A stretch of DNA of 64,000 nt from Bispira polyomma (Eukaryota), in NCBI GenBank assembly GCA_965649765.1, contig OZ287749.1:38192001-38256000 (forward strand). The letters run 5' to 3'. The position numbers were made by a program, and so were the translations under genes. Each line of letters starts with the position of its first letter. Position 1 is the first letter of the stretch. Shown here one piece after another: positions 11,922-24,705 of the stretch. The notes below the pieces were generated by a model. It made no database searches. It was not told the DNA's origin and was given only the letters and a program-made list of their open reading frames with translations.

Positions 11922-14900
11922 ACAGTAATATGTGGGGATTTTAATCTTGTGTTAGATCCTGTCAAAGACATCCAAAGTTATAAGCATATAAATAATCCTA
12001 AAGCACAAAAAAACAGTATTAAATATGATAAATCAAACTGACCTTCTCAATATCTACAGGCATCAACATCCAGAAAGCCTACGTTTTACCTGGAGAAAGA
12101 AAAACCCCTGAAACAAGCAAGACTCAATTTCTTTTTAATATCAAATAACATGAATGACATTGTAAAAAAATGTGACATAAAACCTGGATACCGGTCAGAT
12201 CATTCAATGATAGAACTTGAATTTGTACTTCACAATTTTGAAAAGGGCAAGGTATTTGGAAATTCAATAATAGTCTCCTCTTAAATAAAGAATACTTGGA
12301 AATCATTAATAAAACTATTCAAGATGAGGTAATTAAATATGCAATACCTTTTTATGATATGAACCATTTGCAGAATTGCTGTAACTACGAAAATATAGAT
12401 TACACAATCGATAGTGATTTATTTCTTGAGGTATTATTTCTACGAATACGGGGTGAAACAATAAAATTCTCAAGCTACTTAAAACGACAAACAAACATAA
12501 AAGAAAACGACTTAATCAAAGATATAGAATACCTGGAGCAACAAAGCTATGACTTAAACAATACCAACCTTGAACTTTTGTCAGACAAAAACGCCGAACT
12601 TGAACAAATAAGGAAAACCAAAATTCAAGGAGAACGAGTTCAAACTCACCTGCAATGGTTAAGTGAAGGTGAAAAGCCTTTCAAATATTTCTGTAATTTG
12701 GAGAATAAAAATTATTTGGAAAAAACCATAAAAAACATTAAATTAAGTAATGGTCAAAACATCTTAGAGCAAAATGAAATACTCTAAAAAAATACTACGA
12801 AAACCTATTTGAAAGTAAAGATCACCTTACCGAAAAATACTACGAAAACCTATTTGAAAGTAAAGATCACCTTACCGAAAATGAAGATCTTATTGAAGTT
12901 TTCAAAGATATCAAAATTAACAAGGTCAGGGACACAGACTTAGGCCAGGAAATAACTACTGAAGAGCTGGGGAATATTTTGAAGAAAATGAAACATAATA
13001 AATCACCTGGAATGGATGGAATAAGTACCAAATTTTTGAAAGTATTTTGGGGAAAATTAAAAAATATCATATTATATGCAATAAACAATTGTTTTAAAAA
13101 GGGAATATTGTCCACCACCATGTGACAATGTGTAATAGTCTGTCTTCCTAAGGGGAGTAAGGATAGGAGATTTTTAAAAAATTGGAGGCCAATCTCCTTG
13201 CTTTGTGTTGTATATAAGCTTACTTCTGGAGTAATTGCAAATAGATTAAAGAACACACTTAACTTAATCATATCAAAAAACCAAACCGGCTTTCTAGCAG
13301 ATAGGCAAATAAATGATAGTATTAGGTTGATCTAAGATATAATGCAAGTGACTGAAAATAAAAATATTTCAGGATTATTGGTGCTTATAGACTTTGAGAA
13401 GGCATTTGATTCCATATCCTGGAATTTTATTTATATAACTTTAACCCTCTTTGGTTATAGTGAAAGCTTTATAAACTGGGTAAAATATCAAGATATTGGT
13501 GCATATGTTTTGCAATGCGGCAAATTATCAGAAAAAATAGCGATTGGCAGAGGGCGTAGACAGGGAGATCCCATTTCACCATATCTCTTTCTGATTGCAG
13601 CCGAAATTATGTCGCTTTTAATTAAAATGAACAAAAATATAAGTGGAATCAAGATAAATAATCATGAATTTAAACTAACACAATTTGCAGACGATACCAC
13701 ACTTATTCTGGACGGTTCAAAAGTTGCTCTACAGGCAGCTCTCAATACTTTAGAAATTTATGGAAGTTACTCTGGATTAAAAATGAATATGGAAAAAACA
13801 AAAATAATATGGATTGGGAAAAAGGGTTATTCAAAAGAAAAGTTATCAGTTACTGTCAAGCTGGATTGGGGAAATTTGGTGTTTTGTGTGTTGGGTGTAG
13901 AATTTTCAGTCAATTTAAACAATATCCCTGACATAAACTATACTAAAGCTTTTAATAAAATGTGTAAAGAGGTTAAAAAATGGGAACATAGAAATCTCAC
14001 AATTCTGGGCAAAATTACTCTGATCAAAATAGATATTGTCTCTAAGTTATTCACCTCTTAACATCGCTTCCAACATCTCAAGAATTTTTAAAAAAGGTAA
14101 ATAATTTGCTATATAGTTTTTTATGGAATAATAAGCCAGACAAAGTGAAAAGACAAACAACTTGTCAAGATTACCTCAAAGGAGGAATTAAAATGATCAA
14201 TATTTTTCACTTTGAGAGGGCACTGAAATTAAATTGGCTGAAAAGTGTTTTATATCAAAGTGATGCCCTATGGAACATTCTGCTGTTTGTAAGCTGCAAA
14301 AATTTACACAATTTGTTCACAATGGGGGGCAATGGGTTTAAAAATAAACTTAAAGATGTAAAAAATGTGTTTTGGTGTAACATTTTTGACTACTGGTCTG
14401 AGCTATGTAAAAATCAGACCGTTTTTTCAAAACTAGATGTAATGAAATCCTGTATCTGATTTAATGTTGAAATTGAAAAGGACTTGTACTATCCAATATG
14501 GTATAAGAAAGGCATAGTCTTTGTTGATGACATAGTAAACACAGAGGGTGAAGTAATGACCATGGAAAACATTAAAATTAAATTTTGTTTAAATGTCAAC
14601 ATATTGGACTATTACAGAATTAGGTTTCTTGTGAAAAAATTTTGTAATAAATATATGCAGGACAAATCATTAGAAATTACAAGACCTTTTATCCCTTTTC
14701 ATTTGAAATGTTTGTCAAAACCAACAAAAGGATGTAAAGATTTGTATCGCATATTGAATGAAGGGTATAACTTAAAACAAAATAAGACACCGATTAGTGT
14801 GATGAAATGGGGTATGATGTTAGAAGAAAATAATACTGAGGGTATATGGAAAAACATTTATCAGGCATGTTTTAAATCTATAAAAGACAACTTCATCATT

Positions 14901-15537
14901 TGTTTTCAATATAAAATTTTGTTCAATTTTCTGGCAACAAAAGAATACCTACATTAAAGTTAATCTCAGTGATAATAATCTTTGTATGATTTGTCATCAA
15001 TATCCAGAAACAATTCATCATCTTTTCTGTGAGTGTACCAAAGTAATACAGTTTTAGGAAGATATACAAAGATGGATCTGTATTAAATCTGGTCTTAAGA
15101 TTAATTTAACAAATGTAGAGAAATTATTAGGGTATTATCTAATTGACAACAAGTTTTGGCCACTCAATTTTATAATACTTTTGGCAAAGAGATACATATA
15201 TTGCTGTTCAAGGCAAGGTTTTGAGTTAAACTTTTATTTTTTTCAAAAAAATGTCAGTGTACATATTCAGAACAAAAGAACTTGTCAAAAATAAATTCAA
15301 CTGAAAGTATTTTCAATAAAAGGTGGGAAATATGGTGTATCTTATTTCACAACACCCAGTATTAACTAGAAATCAAATAGTGACTGATTACAACTACATT
15401 TATATGCAAAAGGTCTTTCTCCCTTTACAGTTTGTTGTGGGAATATTATTTTTGTTATGTGTATCACCCAGTATATGTCTGTGTATTAAATAAATCTGTA
15501 TATATAAAAAGAAATAAAAATATATAAAAAAAAAAAA
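11922..15537 (+). mobile_element. 5'-truncated L1/Tx1-clade LINE (ORF2 pseudogene) with poly(A) tail
   Basis: Starts inside APE (ICGDFN, SDHS). RT motifs KSPGMDG, NWRPISLL, DFEKAFD, RQGDPISP, FADDTT; C-terminal C..C...ETIHHLFCEC; A-tail to 15537. TSD ATTTCAT at 11915-11921 and 15538-15544. Confidence 0.93.
12789..12881. repeat. 45-bp perfect tandem duplication inside the LINE ORF2
   Basis: aaatactacgaaaacctatttgaaagtaaagatcaccttaccgaa occurs twice. Confidence 0.9.
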
Positions 15538-17049
15538 ATTTCATCGCCTAAGCGATGCAATACGGTAAAAAAATGCATGCACTCCTGAGTTTTATGGACG
15601 ATTTGGTTAACCTTTATTTACGTATTAATGAATGCAAAAATATGTAGAAAACCCACAATGGGTAGTTACCCACATAGACTTGTTATTGTTAAATTAGGAC
15701 ATTTAAATCTGGTATTAATATGCTATTGTATTTTTAGACTAACATGGTTAGTCTATTAGCTAATGATTAGCTATTGCTACAAGTAAGTCAAAATGTGATA
15801 CAGAATAAGTCAGGTAAATACAAAGTGAGCAGTTGATACAAAATGATGCAGCACAAGGGTTACTATTATGTATATAAATAGCTGGCTCAAATTATATATT
15901 TGATTCTAAATTCACTGTATACTAAAACTGTTTTCATATAGGTATTATTGGACGTAATTGTGCATCCTAAACAATATTCTTGTGCAAGTGTTAATGCCTG
16001 TAACTGTGTAATTGTAACTAGCACACATATTTGTCTATCAATATTTGTGTACATAAACAATCTTCTCATACAAGTATTAATGGTTGTAACTGTATAATCG
16101 TTACTAGCACTTCTTAGGGGCTGTTATTACATATAAACATTCTTACTATTGTATCATATTGTGGTTATATATGAATTGGTGTACACGTAATATTTAACAT
16201 TGCACTAGCTAATGCATTTTTATCCAAGATTATTCCCATGTTAGCAGCAAGCCATGCCAATTGTACATCAACCACGAATATTGTTTAGCATATACATTCA
16301 TTTAACTGTAACTGTACCATGTTTCAACAGCTGTGTCTACAAACTTGCTCAGATTTTATGTCATATTAACCACCACATGGGGCTTTTTATTCTGTTGTTA
16401 TTGTATATTAGTAGTAGTCTGGTTTTAAATGTATGTTACTAATCATACTAAAAATTGTCATGTCAAGTAGCATACAAGTCGGCAGTGACCGTTGCAAATA
16501 GACAAAAATAAAAATATAACCTCCTATCTGCAATTATTCTAACAAGGAAGCAAGCTACTGTGGATAAGGTAAAGTCTTTTATTATTGCTCAGTAAAATAT
16601 AATATTTTGATGAATTTCCAAACAATGTTTTCAAAAGCTATCGCAGAATTGTTGATTGGATAAATCTATGTAATTGACAACAGTTGGACTAACAGAGATT
16701 CTTTCATGTATTATTTAGGCTATCATCTTCCCCTACATACATAAACATCCAAATGTAATCAAATTTTCTTTACACTCTTTTTATATAAGAGATTCTTTCA
16801 AGTATTATTTATGCATAATAATAAATATTGTTATTTTTTATGCTCTTACTTCATAGATATATACACAACATTTGTTTGCCATTTTTAAAAAAAGGCTTTC
16901 TGCCTATCTATTCCCAAAACAAATTGCACTATGACATCAAATGACACTACATTCAGGGCCGTTTCGGCACTCTCGCCATTTGGAATCTAAAAAAGACATA
17001 TTGCCCACCCCCTCTGACAATTGATTTCTGATTCATTTAATGGAAGAAG

Positions 17050-17308
17050 AAGGTTGTTATTCACAAACATTTGATCTGGGTTTTTCTAAATAATGGATTA
17101 ACTTTGAACAGCCAACTCAGTGGGTTAAATATGGATCAGCATGGATCAAATAAGACTGACAGGAGATGTTTGAGGGAAGAAATAGAATAGACGAAAACAG
17201 ATCAATATTTTTAATTTTTATATCAAGTGAGTCTTTGCTTTGTAAATATCGATTTATTCAAAGGATAACTTGATCTAATCTTGATCCTTGTTTGTGAATA
17301 CCGCCCCA
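17050..17308. mobile_element. Probable decayed MITE
   Basis: Inverted repeat tattcacaaaca (17058-17069) / tgtttgtgaata (17289-17300). Confidence 0.45.
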
Positions 17309-18254
17309 AGATTCTTCTGAGGGCTGTATATCATTACCCAGTATGTACAGCACGATCACGTTAGGGACTGCTGACTCAGTTCACACAGCCCTATTCACAT
17401 TTTTAACACCTATGCTTGTTGCACCTTCTGTCTATCCCCCACGACTGGCTAGACCAATCATTAATTAGTCCTCTCTTAATTAGACATTTTAGCCCCAGAA
17501 TCAATGACTATATTGAATCTGATACACCAAAGGTAAACATTGGAAAATTTCAAGGTGTCAATAAAGGTTATTTTTAGTGCATTTGTTGTTTTAGTCTTGG
17601 TTTGTTTTTATATTAACACTACTAGTGACTTTTAAATGGGAAGAACTAAGAAAACTCCCGGTAATATGCCACAATTAAAGAAAAGATCAGCAAAGAAAAC
17701 TACACTTCAAGCTTCAGGTCTAGTATCTCCGTCTGATCTGATAGTACAAAATCTGCAGGGTCCCCTCTCTGAATCAGACAATATACATCCCCCGAATCCA
17801 GATTTGATACACAGATCAATAGACGGCTCGATCAAGTGAAGTCGAGAAGCCCACTTCTTTGAACTCACTCCAAGGAGATGTTGCGGGTCAGATAACAAAA
17901 ATGTCTTCTCACCCTGTTCCTGGCTTTTTAGTCGCTTACCCTCTTACTGGTAGGACAAACACTTATCTATTATTGTAGCCAGCTACTCTCGACACTTGCA
18001 GATAATGAAGACACCCTCGCTACCTACTTCCGGCTTTGCAGCTGCTCACTATCTTACTAGTCAGATGAACCCAGATCCGGTTTTGCAGCCGTCTACATTA
18101 CCTACTGCAGGGATCACAACCACTCATCATCTTGCTGGGGGGGGGGGGGGGTAATGGTCGGATATTTAAGTCTCACACCATATCAAATGCCGACATTGCA
18201 GCTAGCTACCAGCTTATGGCACTGCCCTCTGTAAACCGCTTCAAGTAGAGCTCT

Positions 18255-19070
18255 TTTAAGGGGACATTGTCTTAAAAAGGGCTTTATATTACAAAGGGGA
18301 TTTCATTTACAAGGGGGGCTTCATATAATATAGCCCAGTCGCACCTACACGTGAAGACGTCCCTCAACGTAGCACAGCATTATAAACTGAAAACGTGGTA
18401 GTTACATGTCAAAGTGATGTCATATTCAAGAAGGTGCAGTCAATTGTGATGTTTTGTGACATTTCATGACAATGTTGGTACTTATACACACAAAGCGGGG
18501 GCAAATATATAACACTTTACTGGTAGAATATCACTACCTTCTACTGCGTAGATCTGCTATACTGCTACTTACTGATGCATTCTTCTGCTACTCAGTGAAA
18601 CGTTTTTGATTAAAGAAGATGAGTGGAGACAATCTCATTACCTACTGGGACTTCCTCGCTACCTACTACTACGTAGAGCTACTTACTGATACGTCTATGC
18701 TACTTTTGGAAACGTTCTGGGACAAACAGAGAAATATGGAGAAACGGGAGCTGTGAGACGATTGTTTCAAACAGTTTGAAATAATCGTGGTAGCAGACAA
18801 AATGGAGATGTTTCCGGAATGATATCATCCGTTAGGCAATGTTCGGAAATGAACGCCCCAGGGATCGTCACTTTTGCATTACCTTCTACTACATCTGTAC
18901 TAGGTTGCTAAACAATTGAAAATGTCACACACAGTTTGCTTCAACACGTGTAGGTGTGACTGGGCTAATAAAGGAGATTATATTTGGAAGGGCTTCATAT
19001 GATAAAGGCCATTATATTTGGAAGGGCTTTATATTATAAAGAGAATTTTATTTAGAAAGGCTTTTGTATG
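18255..19070. repeat. Degenerate ~17-bp tandem repeat (aagggctt(t/c)atat..a) split by a MITE
   Basis: Units at 18255-18330 and 18968-19070. Confidence 0.7.
18331..18967. mobile_element. Non-autonomous TIR DNA transposon (637 bp) with probable 3-bp TSD ATA
   Basis: TIRs tagcccagtcgcacctacacgtg (18331-18353) and cacgtgtaggtgtgactgggcta (18945-18967), 22/23 match; ATA on both sides. Confidence 0.8.
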
Positions 19071-19333
19071 TTTGATGGTTTAGATATTATTTTCTTTTTT
19101 TGTGTGTGGGGGCAAGTGTATTATGTTTTGTGTGTGAGATAAGTTATTGGTAGTAGTATATAGTGTCTCTGCAGAATCTGACAATCCCGCTCTTTCCCGC
19201 TCCCGCTCTTTCCCGCTCTTTATATTAAAAAAATTTTAAATTTAATTTTTTTAAATTAATTTTTTTATTTTTATAAATAAATATTTTTTTTTTGTTTGTT
19301 TATTTTCTCTGGTATATACAAAAATTTACAACA

Positions 19334-19600
19334 CTAACATTTGAAGCTGGGGTACAACATTTTCAAGAATTGACAATTGCCTTTTGAATGATGTAGGTGT
19401 TGGTGCATAGGACAATCAGTGGGTGTCCATTGCTGTAATATTAGTTTACACCAGACACACTGCACCTTATCACTACTTTCTAAGTAATGAAAACCAGCTG
19501 CTGCTAATCTCTCTGCACACACGGGATAATCGCTGGACCAAAGCCTGAAGCTCCTTAGTCTATCATCATATACTGTGTAAGTACAAACCCACCCACAAAT
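19334..19600 (-). CDS. Single-BIR inhibitor-of-apoptosis-like protein (start uncertain)
   Basis: YDDRLRSFRLW...ERLAAAGFHY....DKVQC-x2-C-x16-H-x7-C. Confidence 0.85.
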   Translation of the reverse strand: MCGWVCTYTVYDDRLRSFRLWSSDYPVCAERLAAAGFHYLESSDKVQCVWCKLILQQWTPTDCPMHQHLHHSKGNCQFLKMLYPSFKC

Positions 19601-19750
19601 GGCTTATTACTCTCTTTAGTTGTTAAATTATCTTTTAAACTTGAAGCTCTCAATCCCCAGATACCATCTCCACTTGACATTCTCGACATTCTATAAGATA
19701 AGACTTTACCAACCACTGGTAAAAAATGAAATGATTTTTACTTTTAAATC

Positions 19751-19787
<37 letters not shown>

Positions 19788-19844
19788 CAAACCAATCACA
19801 TTTACAATAATTAGCAATCAATCTATATTTTTGTCCTGATCTCT

Positions 19845-20224
19845 TTAATCTAAACTCATAACTACTCTTTTCATTTGATAGATCTCTGAAAATCTTGTAC
19901 AAAAAAAAGTGTCATAGTTGAAGACGAATACACAATGACAATTTGAACCCCTATTACAAAGTAACCAAAGATCATCAGTGTTTCTCAGCAATGTTTTCAG
20001 GAACTTTTGATTTTTAATGAATATACTTAAATCACCTAAATCATAATCTGCAATATTTGAACATTCTCTACTCCATTCAACCACACTTTGACAATCAAAT
20101 CAGGATTATATAAAATTAAAGCCAAAACCATCATCAAACATATGGAAGTGTGCATAAAATATAATATCAGGAAAAAATGAAACAAGATATATGGGTATAA
20201 AATTTTATTATTATCAAACCACAC
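19845..20224 (-). pseudogene. Unknown small accessory gene, probably frameshifted
   Basis: Two overlapping ORFs co-oriented with their neighbours and flanked by (TA)n tracts. Confidence 0.3.
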
Positions 20225-20227
20225 ATA

Positions 20228-20261
<34 letters not shown>

Positions 20262-20301
20262 CATATCCATATTTACATGAACAAACACTAATTACCATGA
20301 A

Positions 20302-21006
20302 TCATTTCAAGAAAACTACAATGTCCAGTCCAATCATTTCAAGAAAACTACAATGTCCAGTCCACGGCTCATCCAGATAGTCCCAGGAGTGCATTGTTAC
20401 AGAACACCACACGCAGTGACAACAATCCCCAAGTCCAGTGTACATAAATCCAGCTCTAGCCAGCTGCTCCGGACATACTATATGACTCTTCTTCCACCCG
20501 CTGTTGAAACTATCTAACCGATTTTGGTATAGTTTGAAATTTCCCTTTTCTAGATACTTTTCTGCAACAGGAAGTACCATCTGCACGTATTCGCATTCAA
20601 GATTTGACTTGGTGTGTAATTGCAGCAGCTCATCAAAGTAACTCCAGCTGTGCAATACTAAACAACATTTGTCACAAACACACCTATCACCCTTTCCAGT
20701 ATATCTGAATCCGGCTCTTGCCAAATCTCTTGGTAGAACTAAAAGATTTTTAGGCCAACCCACAAAACTTTTTTTTCTGTTTTCATAAAGTTCGTAGTCT
20801 AACCAGTCACGATACATATCCATTGAATTATCTGCATCCATTAGATCTGCAAATTTTTTCCTCAATTCATCTGTACGACTAACCACAGGTTTTCTTTTTC
20901 TAAAACTCGTAGCTGAAGCACCCACCAGACAATCATTCGTATCTTCAAAGTCACTGTTGCTTACAATATTTTCAGACATGCAGTCAGAAACCTCTACCTC
21001 AGCCAT
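20302..21006 (-). CDS. Two-BIR IAP-like protein without RING; second BIR damaged
   Basis: BIR1: R.KSF..W...LARAGF.Y.G..D.C.C-x2-C-x16-H-x6-C. BIR2 has the same pattern but His is followed directly by Cys. 32-bp duplication at 20300-20364. Confidence 0.9.
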   Translation of the reverse strand: MAEVEVSDCMSENIVSNSDFEDTNDCLVGASATSFRKRKPVVSRTDELRKKFADLMDADNSMDMYRDWLDYELYENRKKSFVGWPKNLLVLPRDLARAGFRYTGKGDRCVCDKCCLVLHSWSYFDELLQLHTKSNLECEYVQMVLPVAEKYLEKGNFKLYQNRLDSFNSGWKKSHIVCPEQLARAGFMYTGLGDCCHCVWCSVTMHSWDYLDEPWTGHCSFLEMIGLDIVVFLK

Positions 21007-21048
21007 GTTTGAAAGTTTAACTGATCTACCACTCTATGAAAGTCTCTC

Positions 21049-21462
21049 TTATATAATATTTACCTCACTAAAATTGCTATCATAAAATTTTTTAACCATC
21101 AAATCATTACGTAGCAAACTATTATCAAAATCTTTTAAAATATTTTGATAAGTTCTACCTCTACTCCGATGGTAGGCAAAATATAAACAGTATTGACCAC
21201 ATAATAAGCTGACAGAACTTTGCAAACCCACTGTATTTCTTACATATTTTTTTCCATGGTTGAATAAAAAAGTTTCAAAATTTTGTTTAGGTAAACCACC
21301 TAAAGAATCAAAATATTCGCCTACACTGTTTACCCACATAGCAATCCAATGTTCACCCTCATGTGGATAAGGTTTTGTATTTACAATTACGATATGTGGT
21401 AAAGAAGATAGTATGTCGGGTAATTCATTAGACGCATAACCCCTACCGAAATATTTTTTCAT
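21049..21462 (-). CDS. Adenain-type cysteine protease (catalytic residues intact, 5' end probably damaged)
   Basis: IVNT....GEHWIA, EYFDSLG, LQS..S.LCGQYC. Confidence 0.9.
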   Translation of the reverse strand: MKKYFGRGYASNELPDILSSLPHIVIVNTKPYPHEGEHWIAMWVNSVGEYFDSLGGLPKQNFETFLFNHGKKYVRNTVGLQSSVSLLCGQYCLYFAYHRSRGRTYQNILKDFDNSLLRNDLMVKKFYDSNFSEVNII

Positions 21463-21495
21463 CTTTTGTCATTGCTTGGCGAAGTTGATGAGTAT

Positions 21496-22751
21496 TCATA
21501 TTTCTATAGCTCTGGATTCATCAATGCTTAACATCGCAGGAAAACGTGCGTATAGTATAACAGTAACACTTGTCGCCAAACCTTTGGTAAAGTTTGCTGT
21601 GATCCTTGTATGTCCTTTTTTTTTAGTTGACTTTAAAGCACCCGTCACATTGCTGTCGATATTGAAGACGATAACCATTTGGATAATCTGTATACTCAAT
21701 GTCCCCTCCTCTTTTCCATATTTTGCGTAAAAGAGACTATTATAACTTTCAGCATATTGTCCACTCGTATAGCTTGGTTGTGTTGATATATATGCATCTT
21801 TATAGACAGGTCGAAAAGGTCGAGAGAGTACTGGTACCCCATCTACACTAAATTCAAGATAATTTAAATAGTAATGATGAAACTTAAATGGATTTTTTGT
21901 ATAACTACCGCTATAGGCCTCACCACGAAAGAACTCGACTATTAGTTTGCTAGGTACATTTCCATGAAATATTCCATCATCTGACCAGTTGAAACTCCCC
22001 GCTGCTATAGTGAATGTCTTAAATTCACTTTGCCAGTATGGGTACAAAGCAGGTGTAGATTTTAAAGCCGTTGCATGAGCCAGTGCAAGTTCAGGATTTA
22101 ACTTAACCTGACATATCATACTCATATCACACTCATTAGTCTAAATACATTAGAACTTGGGTAAAGCTTGAAATTGATTTGCACACCATTTAAAATTAAT
22201 CTCTCCTGTTGGGTTAGGTCCACGTGGAGTGGAGAGATCAAATCAACCTCATTACTTAATGCACACCTATCTTTTCTAATTCCGAAACCTGTGTTACCAT
22301 CTCCTATCTCATCGTGTCTATCAGCGGTATCATTAGAAAACAATTCATTTTTCAATTGTGAAACTTCCCCTTTAAATGTGTTATGTAACCAAACATCTAA
22401 AATGCTTTTGTAGGGATAGTTGATTCCTATAGTTGATTTTGAAATGTTAATCTGTTGCAATGAAACGTCTAACTGTCTAAACAAACAATGCAGTGCTAAA
22501 TTAACAGGTCCTACTTTTGCATCAGCAGCAATATTAGTTCCATCTAGCTTAACTATTTTAAATCTTACACGCAATCTCGATTTTTTTAAATCTATATAAT
22601 CTGTTCCGTCTCCTGGTATATTTATCTCAATAACATTACCATCTTTAACCTGTCCTGTTGATCTGTATTCTACCCAATCGATATGATGTATAGAAGGATC
22701 AATTAGTGGTTTCTGAAACAGAGCCACCTTTTCTTGAATTACATTCATCTT
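21496..22751 (-). pseudogene. Major capsid protein (hexon/PY), frameshifted near 22125
   Basis: LF.KP.ID.SI...WVEYR, LFRQLDVSL, YPYKSIL, LH.DL.QQERLILNGV, ALYPY, NPFKFHHY. Confidence 0.9.
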
Positions 22752-22932
22752 GTAAATGTTCCTTATCCTTATCTCCATGATAAAAGACTTAGGGAATGGA
22801 TGTCTTAACAGATTATTTATATAAGTATCCTTATTTTTCTTTTTATTCTTTCCTTTTGTGTTTTTTTAATGTTGATTTTTTTCTTCAGTCTTTTAATCAC
22901 TTTCTTTTTTTTCCCCTTTATCACTTTTTTAC

Positions 22933-23532
22933 CTACAGGACTTTTTGTTTCTTTTTTAATTCAGAACGTGCCACATCTACCTGCTGCTCTGTAGGTGAAA
23001 CAACGGTTACAAGTCCCTTTGCTTTCTCCTCTCTACCGCCACCACTTTTTCCTCCTAATATATATAAGTTGTTATCTGTAATCAATTTCCCCGCACGCAT
23101 ATCCTCACATACCTTCACCCAATTTACCATTTTTATTTTTTTTAAAACCTCCAGGATCAAAACTGCTCTTGTAGTTGATGTGCTGACGGGTAAAGAACCT
23201 AAATTTTTACCCCTTATATACACTTTGATTCGAGAAATATCCCTTCTGGTGATATCTTTGTAATAAATATTCTGAAACTCTCCCATCTTTCTAGCTATTC
23301 TTAGTAAAGGTCTACAATGATCTTCTACCACACTTTCACCAATGATATCATAAAAGACATAAATGTTATCTGTAGCCTTGACTGTGTCATAAGTAATTTC
23401 ACCTAGTCCACATTTCCATAGTCCAACCAGGTTTAAAATTTCAGGTAATTCTACAGTAAAACCCCAGGAGTTGTTTTTGGGATGATACTCTACAGAATCT
23501 GTAGATTGCAGATATAAGTATAAACGTCTCAT
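22933..23532 (-). CDS. Compact penton, read through into a downstream basic core protein
   Basis: LYLYLQS.DS...HP.N....FTVELP..L.L.G.WKCGL.EI and IYVFYDII.ES.V....RPLLRI. Second part MVNW...KSGGG...VVSPTEQQV..ARSELKK, followed by K-rich sequence. Confidence 0.75.
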   Translation of the reverse strand: MRRLYLYLQSTDSVEYHPKNNSWGFTVELPEILNLVGLWKCGLGEITYDTVKATDNIYVFYDIIGESVVEDHCRPLLRIARKMGEFQNIYYKDITRRDISRIKVYIRGKNLGSLPVSTSTTRAVLILEVLKKIKMVNWVKVCEDMRAGKLITDNNLYILGGKSGGGREEKAKGLVTVVSPTEQQVDVARSELKKKQKVL

Positions 23533-23555
23533 AGCTGTTTTTTAAACTCTGTATG

Positions 23556-24687
23556 CTATATATCTTTTACGTCCTCCTCAGCTACCCAACTGTTAAATTT
23601 GGATGAGTAATTTTCCCATTTGACTAAGTATTCTGTATTTCCTCCCCTGGTTCTAGTCTTAAGAATTTTTTCAATTCGGTATGTTGTATTGTTGTCAGAG
23701 TAAACCTTTTGCGGTTCTGGATTATAAAAAAACCTCCTATGAGCTCATTGTTTAAATCTTTTAATTTATACTGTGCCTTACCCTGGTTCACCTTCCTTTG
23801 TGCAACCACAAAATTTTCACCTGAATACCTCTCGTCGTATTCTCTTTGAAAAGACTTTGATAGGTAAGCAACCTTTGCAAGATCTTTAACCTTTAATTTA
23901 AAGGGTGATTTAGATTTTGGTGCTTTTTTCTTATTTTTATCACTTATATCTTCTTGCTTTATATATTCTTTTGGGAGATACTGTTCCCTCCACAAATCGT
24001 AGTCTTTCTTATCACGAGCTTCTGTGGGAGTACTTTGCAACATTCTGTGGAAACTATTATTGTAAGACTCTGTAATATCTTGTAAGTCCTCAACCCACTT
24101 GAAATTATTTTTACCTGTCATCATTCTGATTAGTTTTAATTTAACAGTTTTTATAACTCTTTCAGCCATAGCAACCTTGGTTTCATTGTTACTCATAAAA
24201 TGTATTGTACCTTCAATCTGTAGATACCTTTGCACTGTTTTATTTTTTGTATTCACTTCCTCTGTTTGTAAATAGAAATGTAAGCCTTTGTTTCTTGAAG
24301 ATGTTCTCTAGTTCTTTTTTCATTTCCTCACCGGTCAGTCTATGCAGTGGAAAGGTCCATAAAAACTGGGTTAAGGTATCTATAAGAACACAAAAGTAAC
24401 CATAACCCTTATTATATTTTTTAAATTTTGTCATGTTAGCGGTGTCCGAGTTCCATTTTTGGTCTTTTTTTACAGCAATCGTAACCGGTCTTTTAAATTT
24501 TTTTTAACCGGTCGGTGCAAAACAAAGGAATTTTGTTTGCCTAACCATTCTCTAACCTCTCGTTTGAAAAAGGAATATTTATTTTCACCTTTCACGAATA
24601 TATAAATTTATTAAATCCTCCATAGGAAAACAGATTTTTACTGTTATAATAAATATTATGTAGATAGTTTTCCTTTTCTTTATCCAT
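23556..24687 (-). pseudogene. rve integrase with chromodomain, frameshifted
   Basis: YLHNIYYN, LIDTLTQFLW, KVAMAERVIKTVK, YNNSFHR, ERYSGENF, LVKWENYSSKFNSWV. Confidence 0.9.
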
Positions 24688-24705
24688 ATATATACAATAT
24701 TAATA

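Larger units (their letters stand above)
10770..15610 (+). mobile_element. DIRS/Ngaro-type retroelement relic (gag-like ORF and partial RT), interrupted by an L1/Tx1 insertion
   Basis: Gag-like KKLKSG, SWFTVKSAHCEVLLETEKG, CIAYNKG. RT motifs NHKSA, EEVQHGAIMGPF, IIDLSWP, SQAFRHV, LPFGDRHGSQIF, resuming after 15538 as FHRLSDAIR...FMDDL. No tyrosine recombinase seen; boundaries approximate. Confidence 0.72.

Noticed and set aside
17636-18240. Possible gag/ORF1 relic (MGRTKKTP...) with a poly-G tract
   Set aside because: No diagnostic motif; cannot be assigned.
19758-20258. (TA)n microsatellites
   Set aside because: Ordinary simple repeats, probably expansions of AT-rich intergenic signals.
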